The notes under the pieces: generated by a model
Database searches by the model: none
What the model saw: the letters and a program-made list of their open reading frames with translations, nothing else
What the model was told of the DNA's origin: nothing
Source: a virus
DNA: 64,000 bases
Strand: one strand, 5' to 3'
IMG/VR virus record: IMGVR_UViG_3300005921_000006
Coordinates: 9,222 to 73,221 of that record
Program-made: the position numbers and the translations under genes
In this document: positions 29,631 through 39,544 of the stretch, piece by piece
Layout of the letters: each line of letters opens with the position of its first letter
Numbering within the stretch: the first letter of the stretch is position 1

Positions 29631-32600
29631 TTAGTAAAGAGTACACGTTGAGCCTGCGTTGATTTGGGCATCCCCGGATGTTCCGGCGGTGCCGTAAATG
29701 ACGAACGTTCCGCTTGTCGCGCTGCCAGTAAACGACCCGGATGCCTGCCACGGATACCCGGTCGCGGTTGCAGCGGCCGCAGCTCCAGTAAGTGTGGTTA
29801 CAGCCGTCGTTCCCGTATTCGTGATAGGCCCAGCGGATGTTTGAGTTCCCGCATTGGTGCTCCAGATGATTGCATTGTGGTTGCTGACAGTCGGAGACTG
29901 CGTGAACTGTGTTCCGAGAAGTAACGTGACTGCAACGCTCGCTGACTCCCACGTCCCTTGGCACTGGTATGCCCACGTCTTAGCCGTAGCCGGAAGCGTC
30001 CAGCTACAGATCGTCGTCGTCGTGTTCATGATAATGAGGGACGTGATCTTGCAGGCGTCCGCGACATTGAGCAGCGTGTTCATATTCAGAAACGGAGTTG
30101 TGCCGCCCGTCGTAATCTCAGGAGCCGTGCCGCCAAGGACCATATTCGGCCCCAGTGCGAAAGAGTTCGACGCTTGACTTGCTAACGCAAATTGCGACGT
30201 GCTGCTGGCCTGAAGGTCGATCAGTTTTGAGCCAGAACCGCTGGCCGTGTTCGTGATGTTCTCGAAGATTCCCGCGTCCACCACGCCCGTTGTATTCCAC
30301 GTCCCCGTTTCGTTGAAGAACGGGGTTGTATTCGCAGCGGCGACAGTTCCACCAGTGACTTCAAATTGCCCCGGAGCCCCCGCCGTACCAGTACCGCCCG
30401 CGCTACCGAGAGTAAATACGACGTTACCGCCGCGTCCGGTCGTACTGCCCGAAGTCGCTGCACCGCCGGTTCCTGTCGTAACGAGAAAGTCCGATCCCGC
30501 ACCGCCCGTACCGGACGTAGAGCCGCCCGCGCCGCCTGCTGCACCTGCAATCGTATACGTACCAGCCGCGCCGCCCGCGCCTGTAGCCGCGCCCTGAGTT
30601 CCAGCACCAGGAGTCAATGAGAACGCGCCACCCACACCACCTGTGTTCGTGGTCGTCCCACCGTGAGCACCACCAGCACCGAGCGTTACGTTAAACGCTC
30701 CACCAGTTCCGCCGTTACCCGTCGTGGCGCCACCAGCCGATCCAGCCCCGGTGATCAGGGTAATTGGAGCGCCGGTCAACCCGTTGATCGAAGCTGAAGC
30801 CGCGCCTCCCGCAGCCGCCGCGCTAATGTTAAGCACCGCTGGAGCATTTGTAGCCGCCGGCCCCGCCGCGCCCTGCGTGATTTGCAGCGGGATTGACGTT
30901 GAAGTGGTCAGAGTAGAGATTTGCGCCTCTACGTCCGTTGTCCCCGTCGCTGCAGTCGTTTCTCCGACCGTGAATGCCGCTTGCGAGTTTGTTGTCTGCG
31001 CGAAATTCAGAGTGACTGGAAGGTTCCCAAGAACGCTCGCGGCTCCAAGCGCGCAACTCCAATCTGTCGTGACGTTGATAATATCTGCGCACGATCTGGT
31101 CGAGTTACCGTATAAACCGGAAGTCGCTGAGACCCCTGTATAGGCCGTGCCATTAGCGAATACGACGCCACCTCCAGTTCCGGTCGTGGGCGTAGGGGCG
31201 CTCGCCCCAAACGTCATCTCGCCAGTTGGCAGAATCTGAGCCACGACGGTTTGCCCTGAAAGAACACCGGAAGAATAACTGCCGCCAGTGCCCCATTGCG
31301 TTAGCGCGGCCTGAGTCGTTGCGCCGTTAATGTTCTCGGTAACCTGCCCAGTCGACGTTCCTGGGGTCGTTACTCCGAGCGCGAATGGCGTATTGTTGTT
31401 ACTTGAATCCGTGTTCTGAATCACGATCGGCGTGGAAAGGTTCGCCGTCACTGTGCCTGTGAGTTGCGTTCCCCCAACCACGGCGGGAAGCTTTACCGAC
31501 GCCGCACCAGTCGCTGCGCTTGCATCGAAGAGGCCAGCCGCTGCCGCTGTCAGTGTCGTCGCTGAAGCCGTCCAATCCGTGACGCACCCGAAAGCTCCAG
31601 CATTGTCGTATTGCAGCGAGTTCGCCGTCGTCGTGCACGGCGTTCCGCCGCCGCTAGCCGCGATTGTCACACCATTGGTTGCCGGCGTCAGTGTGATATT
31701 CGTTCCAGCAACCAGTGGCGGTGTGCCCCAGAAATTCCCGCTACTGTCAGCCGTGAAATAAATTGGCTGGTCTTTAATGAGCACCGGAATCGAAGTCGCT
31801 CCGTTGAAATTCTTCGAGTTGAGTGAGACCGTCGCGGTTGTCGTACCGACCGAAACCACGCCGCCAGTGTAGCCCGCCACCGCGCTGCCATTGAATGTGT
31901 ACGCGCAGGCCGATGTGCAGTTCATTACGATCAAACTGCCTGAGTCGGCAGTTGAGTTCCCGGTGTAGGCTCCCGTCTCCGTCAACTCCCCGGTGATCAG
32001 TTCGCCAGCGAATGTCTTAGCCCCAGTGAATGTCAGAGCGTTTGCCGCCGCGTCGACACTACCGTAATCCGTGGTCCCATTGATCAGGTCGAGCGCGTGG
32101 TTTGTCGAGTTACAGTAGAGGCCATCGACCGTGGACACCCCTGTGAACGCCGTGCCTTCGGCGCACGCCATTCCGCCACCGGTTCCAAGTGTCGGAGTCG
32201 GCGCACCCGCACCAAATAATCCTTCTCCCGTATTGCTGAAGTTTACTTCGGTCACGCCATTGTTGTTGAAATTAGCAAGCCCTGCAGATGTGCCGGAAGG
32301 ATTGTTTACAATCAATCCCACCTGAGTCGTAGAAGTAGGCGAAATTGTCGCTCCTTCCGTAAACGCCCACACTACTCCATTGTCCGTAGCGTGACCCGTA
32401 CCCGGAGCTGTGCCCGCCCCACCCCATAGTATGGGGGCGTTCGCCGTACCTGCGCCTGAAGAAGACTCCTGCGTCGTAGAACTAAAATAGGGTATTCCAC
32501 CCGACGTCACCGTGCCCGACACCGTAAGCGGAAAGGAACCACCGCCCACAGTTACAAAACTACAAGATGAAATATTACTGGAAGGAGTACCGCATTCTAG

Positions 32601-33863
32601 TGATTGAGTTCCGCTTGGCCCCGTGATAGGAAGTTGATACCAAGTAGCCGTAAAACTCGCAGAATTAGGACCAATGAACCCAGCCGTATTTGCTATAGGT
32701 GTAAGCGTTCCCGTATTACCCGGCAAAACCACCGCTCCGGGATTCGACCCAACCGCGCCCGCCGCCACGGGACCGGGAAAATTTGCCGTCGTAAGGCCTG
32801 TTGCACTACCCGTGTGGGTAAAGTTAAACGAGTTCGCCGCATCGGTTCCCGTGCCGGGTACAAACTGCAACGCCAAGCAGCCTTCTACCGACGCGGAAGC
32901 GTGCCACTCTGTACCGCACAAGGAATTGATAGGGCTGGACTGGCTTGTCCCAACTAACGCAGCAGTATTATTTTTCCACGCGAAGAACTGACTTACTCCA
33001 GTAGTCGTGGTAAAGATAGAAGTATTCGCGCCGTTCGCAATCGAAAGGTTACCGCTGGGCGCGGCGTTGTTGTTCCACAGATAACCGGTGGTATTGGTTA
33101 ACGTCCCGCTCGCGGGAGTGCCCAAATTCGGAAGAGTTAAAGTTACACCACTAGGCAGCGACAGCGTACAGGTTCCGGTCGTGGTGATCGTACACGTACC
33201 GGAGGCGGTAATCTGGTTCGCGGTTCCCGCCACCACCGCGCTCGTTACTGTACCCGTACCCGCCGAACTAAAAGCCCACGCGCTACCCGTCCAGTTTAAA
33301 AATCCCGTGGACAAACTAGGCAGCGCGTTGCTTAAAAGTCCAACCACTTCCTGGGAGCTGGATGTGCCAGAAAGATCGCCCCCCGGCGTAAACGACCCAC
33401 CACCACCCGTATGGCTATTCGCCGTACTAATCAGCGGATTAATCGTAACACTGGGTGTCGTACCGCCCGTCAACGTCGCCAGAAAAACGAAAACTCCGTA
33501 AGGCTTAGTAAAAGTAACCCCACGATTCGTTTTCGTCGTAGACGTATTACTGTCCGCCACCGTATCGCATGTAGGAGCCACGGTGATCGTGCCGCGCATA
33601 CAGCCGTACACATTCACGGTTACCCCAGTGGGCGAACCAATGGGAATTTCCTCGAACGTAGCGCCGTAAGCCCCGTAAGTGTTAGGGATTACCCCACACA
33701 CTCCCGCCGCCGCCGTGGGGGTAGCCCCTATGCAGGTAGCCGCTACCGTAGCCGAAAGCGTGGGGCTGGATACGGTAATCGTTTGAACCGGCGTAGACTG
33801 CACCTGGGCGTGACCAGGAACGCAAAGCGCTGCGATGAGCGCCAGGTACCAGAAATGTTTCAT
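29631..33863 (-). CDS. Very long fibre-like protein with a signal peptide (about 1410 aa)
   Basis: Signal MKHFWYLALIAALCVPGHA|Q after RBS GAGG; fibre motifs GGDLSGT, GTVTS and LGTPASGTLTN; Gly-rich GG.G repeats; paired Cys. Confidence 0.8.
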   Translation of the reverse strand: MKHFWYLALIAALCVPGHAQVQSTPVQTITVSSPTLSATVAATCIGATPTAAAGVCGVIPNTYGAYGATFEEIPIGSPTGVTVNVYGCMRGTITVAPTCDTVADSNTSTTKTNRGVTFTKPYGVFVFLATLTGGTTPSVTINPLISTANSHTGGGGSFTPGGDLSGTSSSQEVVGLLSNALPSLSTGFLNWTGSAWAFSSAGTGTVTSAVVAGTANQITASGTCTITTTGTCTLSLPSGVTLTLPNLGTPASGTLTNTTGYLWNNNAAPSGNLSIANGANTSIFTTTTGVSQFFAWKNNTAALVGTSQSSPINSLCGTEWHASASVEGCLALQFVPGTGTDAANSFNFTHTGSATGLTTANFPGPVAAGAVGSNPGAVVLPGNTGTLTPIANTAGFIGPNSASFTATWYQLPITGPSGTQSLECGTPSSNISSCSFVTVGGGSFPLTVSGTVTSGGIPYFSSTTQESSSGAGTANAPILWGGAGTAPGTGHATDNGVVWAFTEGATISPTSTTQVGLIVNNPSGTSAGLANFNNNGVTEVNFSNTGEGLFGAGAPTPTLGTGGGMACAEGTAFTGVSTVDGLYCNSTNHALDLINGTTDYGSVDAAANALTFTGAKTFAGELITGELTETGAYTGNSTADSGSLIVMNCTSACAYTFNGSAVAGYTGGVVSVGTTTATVSLNSKNFNGATSIPVLIKDQPIYFTADSSGNFWGTPPLVAGTNITLTPATNGVTIAASGGGTPCTTTANSLQYDNAGAFGCVTDWTASATTLTAAAAGLFDASAATGAASVKLPAVVGGTQLTGTVTANLSTPIVIQNTDSSNNNTPFALGVTTPGTSTGQVTENINGATTQAALTQWGTGGSYSSGVLSGQTVVAQILPTGEMTFGASAPTPTTGTGGGVVFANGTAYTGVSATSGLYGNSTRSCADIINVTTDWSCALGAASVLGNLPVTLNFAQTTNSQAAFTVGETTAATGTTDVEAQISTLTTSTSIPLQITQGAAGPAATNAPAVLNISAAAAGGAASASINGLTGAPITLITGAGSAGGATTGNGGTGGAFNVTLGAGGAHGGTTTNTGGVGGAFSLTPGAGTQGAATGAGGAAGTYTIAGAAGGAGGSTSGTGGAGSDFLVTTGTGGAATSGSTTGRGGNVVFTLGSAGGTGTAGAPGQFEVTGGTVAAANTTPFFNETGTWNTTGVVDAGIFENITNTASGSGSKLIDLQASSTSQFALASQASNSFALGPNMVLGGTAPEITTGGTTPFLNMNTLLNVADACKITSLIIMNTTTTICSWTLPATAKTWAYQCQGTWESASVAVTLLLGTQFTQSPTVSNHNAIIWSTNAGTQTSAGPITNTGTTAVTTLTGAAAAATATGYPWQASGSFTGSATSGTFVIYGTAGTSGDAQINAGSTCTLY

Positions 33864-33874
33864 AACCCTCCTTT

Positions 33875-34384
33875 CTAGTACAAAGCCTGGACGTAAGTTA
33901 CGTAACCTTCCACGCCGGTAATCGATCCCCCCGTTACCAGGCAAAGCTGCTGACTAACCGGCGTTCGGACGCTGGTGTCGGTAGACCCGTTACTGGTAAA
34001 AATAGTGGTGGTGGGAATCGCCATCGCTCCGGTCAGCGCCGTAGCTCCGGTGTCGCAAGCCGTGGACGCGGTAGTTCCGTACTCGAACTGGATGGTAGGG
34101 TTGGTACCAACTACGGTCAGTTGCCACTTACAAACCGTAATATAGTCGCTGGTTACCGCGCTTACCAGGTTCGTAGTGGTGGCCGAAGTAACCGCCACCG
34201 ACGCCGAGGTTTTCGTAATCGAAGGATTTTGACAAGGATCGCTGCCAACCGCAGCCGTTTGGAACAGGCTCAGCCCGCTCGGCCCTGCCGCTAAGAGATG
34301 TTGCTCGGGAGCAATCATCACCATAAGAGCCAGAACCAAAATCGCCGCTACACCGAACATCAAAACGTTCACTGACTTTTTCAT
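33875..34384 (-). CDS. Secreted or membrane-anchored Cys-containing protein
   Basis: Long hydrophobic N-terminus, then a beta-rich domain with four Cys. Confidence 0.7.
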   Translation of the reverse strand: MKKSVNVLMFGVAAILVLALMVMIAPEQHLLAAGPSGLSLFQTAAVGSDPCQNPSITKTSASVAVTSATTTNLVSAVTSDYITVCKWQLTVVGTNPTIQFEYGTTASTACDTGATALTGAMAIPTTTIFTSNGSTDTSVRTPVSQQLCLVTGGSITGVEGYVTYVQALY

Positions 34385-35202
34385 GCCGCCTCCTGGAGTT
34401 GCAAATTGTTGATCTGTTTAAACTGCCCTAGGTTCATGTACACGATCCGGCCGCCCCAATACACTCTTGCGGGCCAGTTGACTTCCTTCAGACTCACCAG
34501 CGGAGAACAATAGCATCGACAGTTAAAAGTTGCTCCAGCATTATAAGTTCCATAACTCTTTTCCCCCGCCAGCTCCTCGGGGGAAGGTGGGTTATCGAAC
34601 CGAAACAACACGCCCTGTAAGCGGCGATGACTTAGACGCACGCGCTGGTCCTGGCTGGTCTGCCACACATACCACGGCAATCCCAGCTCCTCGCTCCGCG
34701 CCTGGGTTAACGCGGAGCTAGCTTTACTTACCTCCGTGCGAGCGATTAACTTTGCGCGACGGCGGGCGAGCCGCCCTAGTAGCGGTTCGAGCCGCTCCAG
34801 TTCTACAGCCCGCCCGCCTCCCAGTTGCTGCGCCGCTGCACGCGCCGCCACCAACGCGGCAACGTTCGATGGAAAACTGGAAATCAACTTGGCGTTCTCG
34901 GCGACTAACTCCCTTACTCGCTCGCCCGTGGGTCCGGCTAATTCCTGCTGGCGGGCGCGGTAAATAAGCGATCCTCTACCGGCTTTGCTCGCCGCTTCCT
35001 GCCACGACTTCGCCTGCCCCACCCACAGCATGGTAATCATGCGCCGTGCAGCTTGCCTGGCATAAGCCTGCAAGAAGTCCGCGCCGGATAACTGGACGGC
35101 GCTAATGCCGCGCTCCCGCGCTTCGTGGACGAACTCTTTAAACACTCCCCAGATAGCGGAGGCGTAAGAGTGCTCGGCGCGTTGATTAGGCTGCCAGTTC
35201 AT
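34381..35202 (-). CDS. Head morphogenesis protein (MuF / SPP1 gp7 family)
   Basis: RAKLIARTE, Y.W.TS.D.RVR.SH and FNCRC motifs. Confidence 0.92.
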   Translation of the reverse strand: MNWQPNQRAEHSYASAIWGVFKEFVHEARERGISAVQLSGADFLQAYARQAARRMITMLWVGQAKSWQEAASKAGRGSLIYRARQQELAGPTGERVRELVAENAKLISSFPSNVAALVAARAAAQQLGGGRAVELERLEPLLGRLARRRAKLIARTEVSKASSALTQARSEELGLPWYVWQTSQDQRVRLSHRRLQGVLFRFDNPPSPEELAGEKSYGTYNAGATFNCRCYCSPLVSLKEVNWPARVYWGGRIVYMNLGQFKQINNLQLQEAA

Positions 35203-35446
35203 GTTTATCCAACGCCGGATGAATAAAGCTGTAGCTGTTCACGCCCGTCCTTACCTCGCGGAACCGCACCCCTGGCGCGGCCTTTTCCAGCAGCGCCCGG
35301 TGGTCCTTTAAATACAGCGGGAATAGCGCCTCCGTAAGAATCGCGCCTTTGGGCGGACGATAGTACATACGATCCAGCTTCTTACGATCCGGTAAGAACG
35401 TAGTTACCACGAACTGCGTAAAACAGCGTATTCCGTCGCGCTTCAC
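35186..35446 (-). CDS. Hypothetical protein
   Basis: 86-aa ORF coupled to its neighbours. Confidence 0.6.
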   Translation of the reverse strand: MKRDGIRCFTQFVVTTFLPDRKKLDRMYYRPPKGAILTEALFPLYLKDHRALLEKAAPGVRFREVRTGVNSYSFIHPALDKHELAA

Positions 35447-35631
35447 GACTCGTAGTCCTCGACTTCGTAAATCCTAGACTCTACGCGGAACAGCTTTACC
35501 CGCTGCGGACACTGCTCCTCGGGGCAAACGTAAGCCCCGTTATCAGTACGTTTCATCGTAGTACCGCACTCGCAAAACAATACCGTCATAGCCGAAAAAC
35601 CTTCCGCGTAGCGCACCGGGGAAACGCTCAC
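35443..35631 (-). CDS. Small Zn-ribbon protein
   Basis: CECG...CPEEQC; 4-nt overlaps on both sides. Confidence 0.6.
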   Translation of the reverse strand: MSVSPVRYAEGFSAMTVLFCECGTTMKRTDNGAYVCPEEQCPQRVKLFRVESRIYEVEDYES

Positions 35632-37577
35632 GCCACCAGCCTTTTACCTTGTTCCGAAAATACTTTCTTACGGAACTCGGTAATAGGAATCGTAATCAGA
35701 TATTCTGGTAGCCACGGGCCAGGAGAATAGTTCGCCTCCAGCGCTTCCCGCGCTTCGCCCGCGCTGTTAAAGCCGAGCAGCACTTTATCTTCCGGGTCGT
35801 TGCCGCGCATGGGCGCAACATACACGTTCGCTGCGTTTTCATTCGGACCCAGGAACACATCTACTTCGTCGCCGTCCACGCCTTCGCTACCCAAGATGCA
35901 ACCGTAAGGATTCTTCATTACAATCGACCAGCCGTTACCCTGGCGTGTGGAACCAACTGGGTTTTCTACAGCGATAGGTAGACCGGCAAACACCAGCGTA
36001 TGCGCGGAATCCTCGAACGCGGCGTCCTTAGCTTTCTTGGGCTTCTTCTTACTCTTATCCGGCTTGGCTTCCTTTTTGTCTTTCTTTACCGGCTCGTCCT
36101 CTTCGTCTTCCAAGCCGCCGCCCATTAGCTCCATGGGGTCCATCGTCTCTTCGTCCGCTGACTCGATGTCCTTATCCGTAATATTTGTAAAGACGCCCGT
36201 CTCGGAGGACATCTCCTTCAGCTCCAGCATGGCCGTGCGCTGCGAAATAATGTTAGCCGTAAACGCCTGCGTAACCGCCGCGCTCTTGCTGGTTACGATT
36301 TCCGCCTGCTCTTTCGGGCCTAGGGAATTTACCGGACGCCAGCGCCACTCCAGGTCGTCGGGCACTTTGCCCAGCACCGACATGGCGATCACGGGCATTA
36401 ACTTTTGCATTTGCGGGTCTACTTCGCGCTGTTGCTTAGCTTTTAAGTTCTCGTAATAGGTATGCTCGTCGCCCTGATTACTGTCGCCCAGCCCTCCGCC
36501 CGGACGCCCGAACATACGGGAGAAAGGTATTTCGCACGCACCGCAAATGTCGTACATAAACAACTCGTACACGTCGCTGATCCCGGCGAAGCCGTACTGG
36601 TGGGTGGATAAACCGCCGCCCTCGGGGTCGCTTACCACGATACCCTGATTGCTCATCAACTGCGCCTGCGCCTGGATCGCCGCATAAAACGACTGAGCGC
36701 TTTGCTGGTTGCTGCCTAACCCAGAAATCATCTGGGCCAAACCCTTTTGGCGCAGCTCGAAGATGTTGGCGCGGAAAATAAGGCTGGCCAGGTTGTAGCT
36801 GGTGTTGTCGCGCTTTTTCAGTTCCTCGTAGATAATTTCGATTTCGCTTAGTCCCCAGCGGTTTTCCGCCTGCCACTCCCAGTTGGGAAGACTACGCCCA
36901 GCGAAGCGCAGTACACGGCTGGAATGGACCTCAAAGGAACTAGCGGACTCGGGATTAACTCGATAACTTTCGGGATATCCAAAGTCAAGGGGACGATCAA
37001 TGTCGTTACAAATGTTGGCGCTAGGGGAGATACCTGCCCACCGATCAAAGACAAGAAGTCCGCGAAACGAATCAAGGTCTACGTCCTCCACGTCCAGGGG
37101 CTTCTCCATTTGCTTGGGAGATTCCTGCCCCTTAATAATCATTACCGCGCCCGAGCCACCGAACAACCGCGCCCACTTCAGGGCTTCCAGCACTTTGGCC
37201 TGGACGCCACCCAGCTTCATCGCCATATCGAGCTTTTTAATCTGCTTGGGCGAAATCTCCGTGGTGATGGCGAACCAGTTTTTAACTAGGTCTTCGGCAA
37301 CGCTGTCAATCACTTTTCTTGCAATCCAATTTGATCTATAAAGCGATTGGAGCAAAATGTAGTTGTACGACAACCTTGTCATCGGGTAGTTCGTACCCTC
37401 TAACAAGTTGTTCGACCCCCAACCGATGCGAGCTAGCGTATTGTTAAACGCATCCAGCGCCGTCTTCGTAGCAGGGGCTACGTTGCTATGTCGCGAGGCT
37501 TCCACGCGGAACGCGGAGATGGCCCGCGCTTCGTCCAACGTAATCTTCGGCTTATAAATCTGGTAAGCGCTGCTCAC
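35628..37577 (-). CDS. Portal protein (DUF1073) with a C-terminal inorganic-pyrophosphatase-like domain
   Basis: LYRSNWIARK.ID, WARLFGG and IP..R.FG portal motifs; C-terminal IAVENP.GS.R.G..W...M..PYG.I...GVDGD.VDVF.GP...EDKV.LGF. Confidence 0.9.
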   Translation of the reverse strand: MSSAYQIYKPKITLDEARAISAFRVEASRHSNVAPATKTALDAFNNTLARIGWGSNNLLEGTNYPMTRLSYNYILLQSLYRSNWIARKVIDSVAEDLVKNWFAITTEISPKQIKKLDMAMKLGGVQAKVLEALKWARLFGGSGAVMIIKGQESPKQMEKPLDVEDVDLDSFRGLLVFDRWAGISPSANICNDIDRPLDFGYPESYRVNPESASSFEVHSSRVLRFAGRSLPNWEWQAENRWGLSEIEIIYEELKKRDNTSYNLASLIFRANIFELRQKGLAQMISGLGSNQQSAQSFYAAIQAQAQLMSNQGIVVSDPEGGGLSTHQYGFAGISDVYELFMYDICGACEIPFSRMFGRPGGGLGDSNQGDEHTYYENLKAKQQREVDPQMQKLMPVIAMSVLGKVPDDLEWRWRPVNSLGPKEQAEIVTSKSAAVTQAFTANIISQRTAMLELKEMSSETGVFTNITDKDIESADEETMDPMELMGGGLEDEEDEPVKKDKKEAKPDKSKKKPKKAKDAAFEDSAHTLVFAGLPIAVENPVGSTRQGNGWSIVMKNPYGCILGSEGVDGDEVDVFLGPNENAANVYVAPMRGNDPEDKVLLGFNSAGEAREALEANYSPGPWLPEYLITIPITEFRKKVFSEQGKRLVA

Positions 37578-37786
37578 GCCTGCTCCGTAAACAGCGTCCG
37601 CATTTGTTCGCCCACTACACCCACCATTGCGCCGTCCCGGACCAGGATTAAGTCTCCGTCCGGCATAAGGAAAGCGTCGTAAATCGACTTCGCCGCCAGT
37701 TCGCTACGCGCAATATTAACCGCGATAGCCGCCTGCTCCGTAGGGAGCAGCACTTCGTCCGGGCAAAGGTGGTTGGCGAGAATCAA
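37574..37786 (-). CDS. Hypothetical protein
   Basis: TTG start overlapping the upstream stop, after RBS GGAGG. Confidence 0.5.
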   Translation of the reverse strand: MILANHLCPDEVLLPTEQAAIAVNIARSELAAKSIYDAFLMPDGDLILVRDGAMVGVVGEQMRTLFTEQA

Positions 37787-38436
37787 TTTACCTCCAATGC
37801 AAATACGAAACACCCGCCCGGAAACCCCGTAGAAATACGCCGGACTTTCTTTAAAGGAATATGAACTCGATGGCAGTAATGCGTCGCTTCTACTGGCGTA
37901 AGACAACCCGGCAATGCATCGCAAATCTCCACCATAGTAAGTTCGGGCTTCTTGGCGAAGGCTTCAAAAATAAGCTGCGTCCAGGTCGAACAATCGCGCC
38001 ACTTACGCTTCTTACGGGGAATTACCTGCACCGAAGTTTGCGTTCTGTATTTAGGCAAGTGCAAAGCGTGCCGCATTTGAATTTCCGTGCCGGGCATTTG
38101 CTGCCGGTAAGCCTCCTGCTCTCGTAGCAATTCCTCCGCATTTAACTCCAGCGACGGCTGGCGGGCGCAGGTAGAGCAAAGCCGCTGGCCTTTATCGCGC
38201 CGCAGCTCGGCGGGGCGCTCGTCCGAATAACCAGCAACGCTGTAGTACCGCGTCTTACGAATTTCAAACACTTCCGTAGGCGCAAACTTACGTGGGAAAC
38301 TGCGCCCGCAAAGCTCACAATATTTTAACTCCACCACTTTCGCGTTTTCGGGCACGCGGCAAGCTTCCGGCAGCGGTACAATGCCGATACCGTTATGGAC
38401 AGGCGCAATGTTACGGATGGTGGCTTGGGTGCTCAT
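37783..38436 (-). CDS. Hypothetical Zn-finger protein with a possible C-terminal winged helix
   Basis: CELC and CSTC pairs; basic linker. Confidence 0.6.
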   Translation of the reverse strand: MSTQATIRNIAPVHNGIGIVPLPEACRVPENAKVVELKYCELCGRSFPRKFAPTEVFEIRKTRYYSVAGYSDERPAELRRDKGQRLCSTCARQPSLELNAEELLREQEAYRQQMPGTEIQMRHALHLPKYRTQTSVQVIPRKKRKWRDCSTWTQLIFEAFAKKPELTMVEICDALPGCLTPVEATHYCHRVHIPLKKVRRISTGFPGGCFVFALEVN

Positions 38437-38717
38437 GCGGCCTTCTTTAATTCAATTACGTTCGTTGGAATATCCCAGCGCAGACAAACCGGCTCTTTTT
38501 CATTCCGGCAAGTTACAAGCAGCGCTTCACGGGTACGCTCAATACTCAACACATCGAACTTCACAATCGGTGTAGCCGGACGCACTACCACGAAACCATT
38601 TGCCCGTAAACTCTTCGTAAAATCGGTTGACGACGCAGCTTTCAAATCAAAATACGAGCAAATATTTTGAAACTCTTTAAAGCTCAACTGCTCCGCCACT
38701 TGTTTCGCCGTCAGCAT
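38433..38717 (-). CDS. Hypothetical protein
   Basis: ATG immediately after the upstream stop. Confidence 0.55.
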   Translation of the reverse strand: MLTAKQVAEQLSFKEFQNICSYFDLKAASSTDFTKSLRANGFVVVRPATPIVKFDVLSIERTREALLVTCRNEKEPVCLRWDIPTNVIELKKAA

Positions 38718-38718
38718 A

Positions 38719-38943
38719 CTATGCCGCGCCCAGTTCCTTCTGCTCGTTCGGATCGGGAATCGCCACCTGTATCTGCCGATTCTTGCAGCCCCCGTGTCCA
38801 GCGAAGCGGTCATGGGCGTTACCGACAATGGTAAAGACACGGTACAGGTAGCGCTGTTCATCTTCGTGTTTTAGGCGAGGACGGATATTTTCCACGGGTA
38901 CGTCTTTGGCTCGGCACACGGGGCAAGAGAAGAAAGCGATCAC
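38719..38943 (-). CDS. Small Zn-ribbon-like protein
   Basis: CPVC...H....GC; coupled overlap. Confidence 0.5.
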   Translation of the reverse strand: MIAFFSCPVCRAKDVPVENIRPRLKHEDEQRYLYRVFTIVGNAHDRFAGHGGCKNRQIQVAIPDPNEQKELGAA

Positions 38944-39149
38944 AGCAACGTAACTCCTAAAGTACGCCCTGTAATTGCGTAAAGATTATTGCTGCGAATG
39001 TAGTCTACATCCGCATGACGCAAGCCTTCCAGCTCAATTTCTCCCGGCATATCACGGTAGTCTGAGGCGGCCCACTCCTTCGCTAAAACAGTGTTTATCT
39101 GCATCATCTCCTCAGCAGCCGAAGCAGCATTTATTAAAACCACCTTCAT
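38940..39149 (-). CDS. Hypothetical protein
   Basis: ATGA overlap; RBS GGAGG. Confidence 0.55.
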   Translation of the reverse strand: MKVVLINAASAAEEMMQINTVLAKEWAASDYRDMPGEIELEGLRHADVDYIRSNNLYAITGRTLGVTLL

Positions 39150-39544
39150 ACCGTCCCTCCCACGTAAGTAATCGTAATTGGCTCGCCGTTCGCCCCGTTC
39201 AGCACATCCATCAACACGGCAAATGCAGCACGGGAACCCCCAACCCAATCCGTACTCCGCGTCTGGCCCACCACCGTACAACCTTCGGTATCCGCTGGAT
39301 CGTTACCGGGATGGACTTCAATTTCGGTAAAGTCTGGGACATCCTGAATGTGTGGTGTAAGCACCCCGAACCGCGCCGACATTTGCAGCACCACCGCGTA
39401 AGTTCCAGCCGAAATACAATAAGGCTTGCCCTGCGAGCGATCGCTGCGCGGCTCTAACGTATAACACTCGAACATTCCATTCACCGACAGCTCACCCGTG
39501 GTGGACTGGTCGGTAAACGTGTCGCGTTGGACCACGATGTTCAC
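39146..39544 (-). CDS. DUF5675 family (L,D-transpeptidase-like) protein, endolysin candidate
   Basis: T.G.L, CYTLE, CI.AG.Y and I..HPGN...DTEGC..VG motifs. Confidence 0.8.
   Translation of the reverse strand: MNIVVQRDTFTDQSTTGELSVNGMFECYTLEPRSDRSQGKPYCISAGTYAVVLQMSARFGVLTPHIQDVPDFTEIEVHPGNDPADTEGCTVVGQTRSTDWVGGSRAAFAVLMDVLNGANGEPITITYVGGTV

Noticed and set aside
35628-37577. Anti-CBASS Acb1 label often given to DUF1073 proteins
   Set aside because: Position and motifs indicate a portal, and no paired HxT/S phosphoesterase motifs were seen in the extension.
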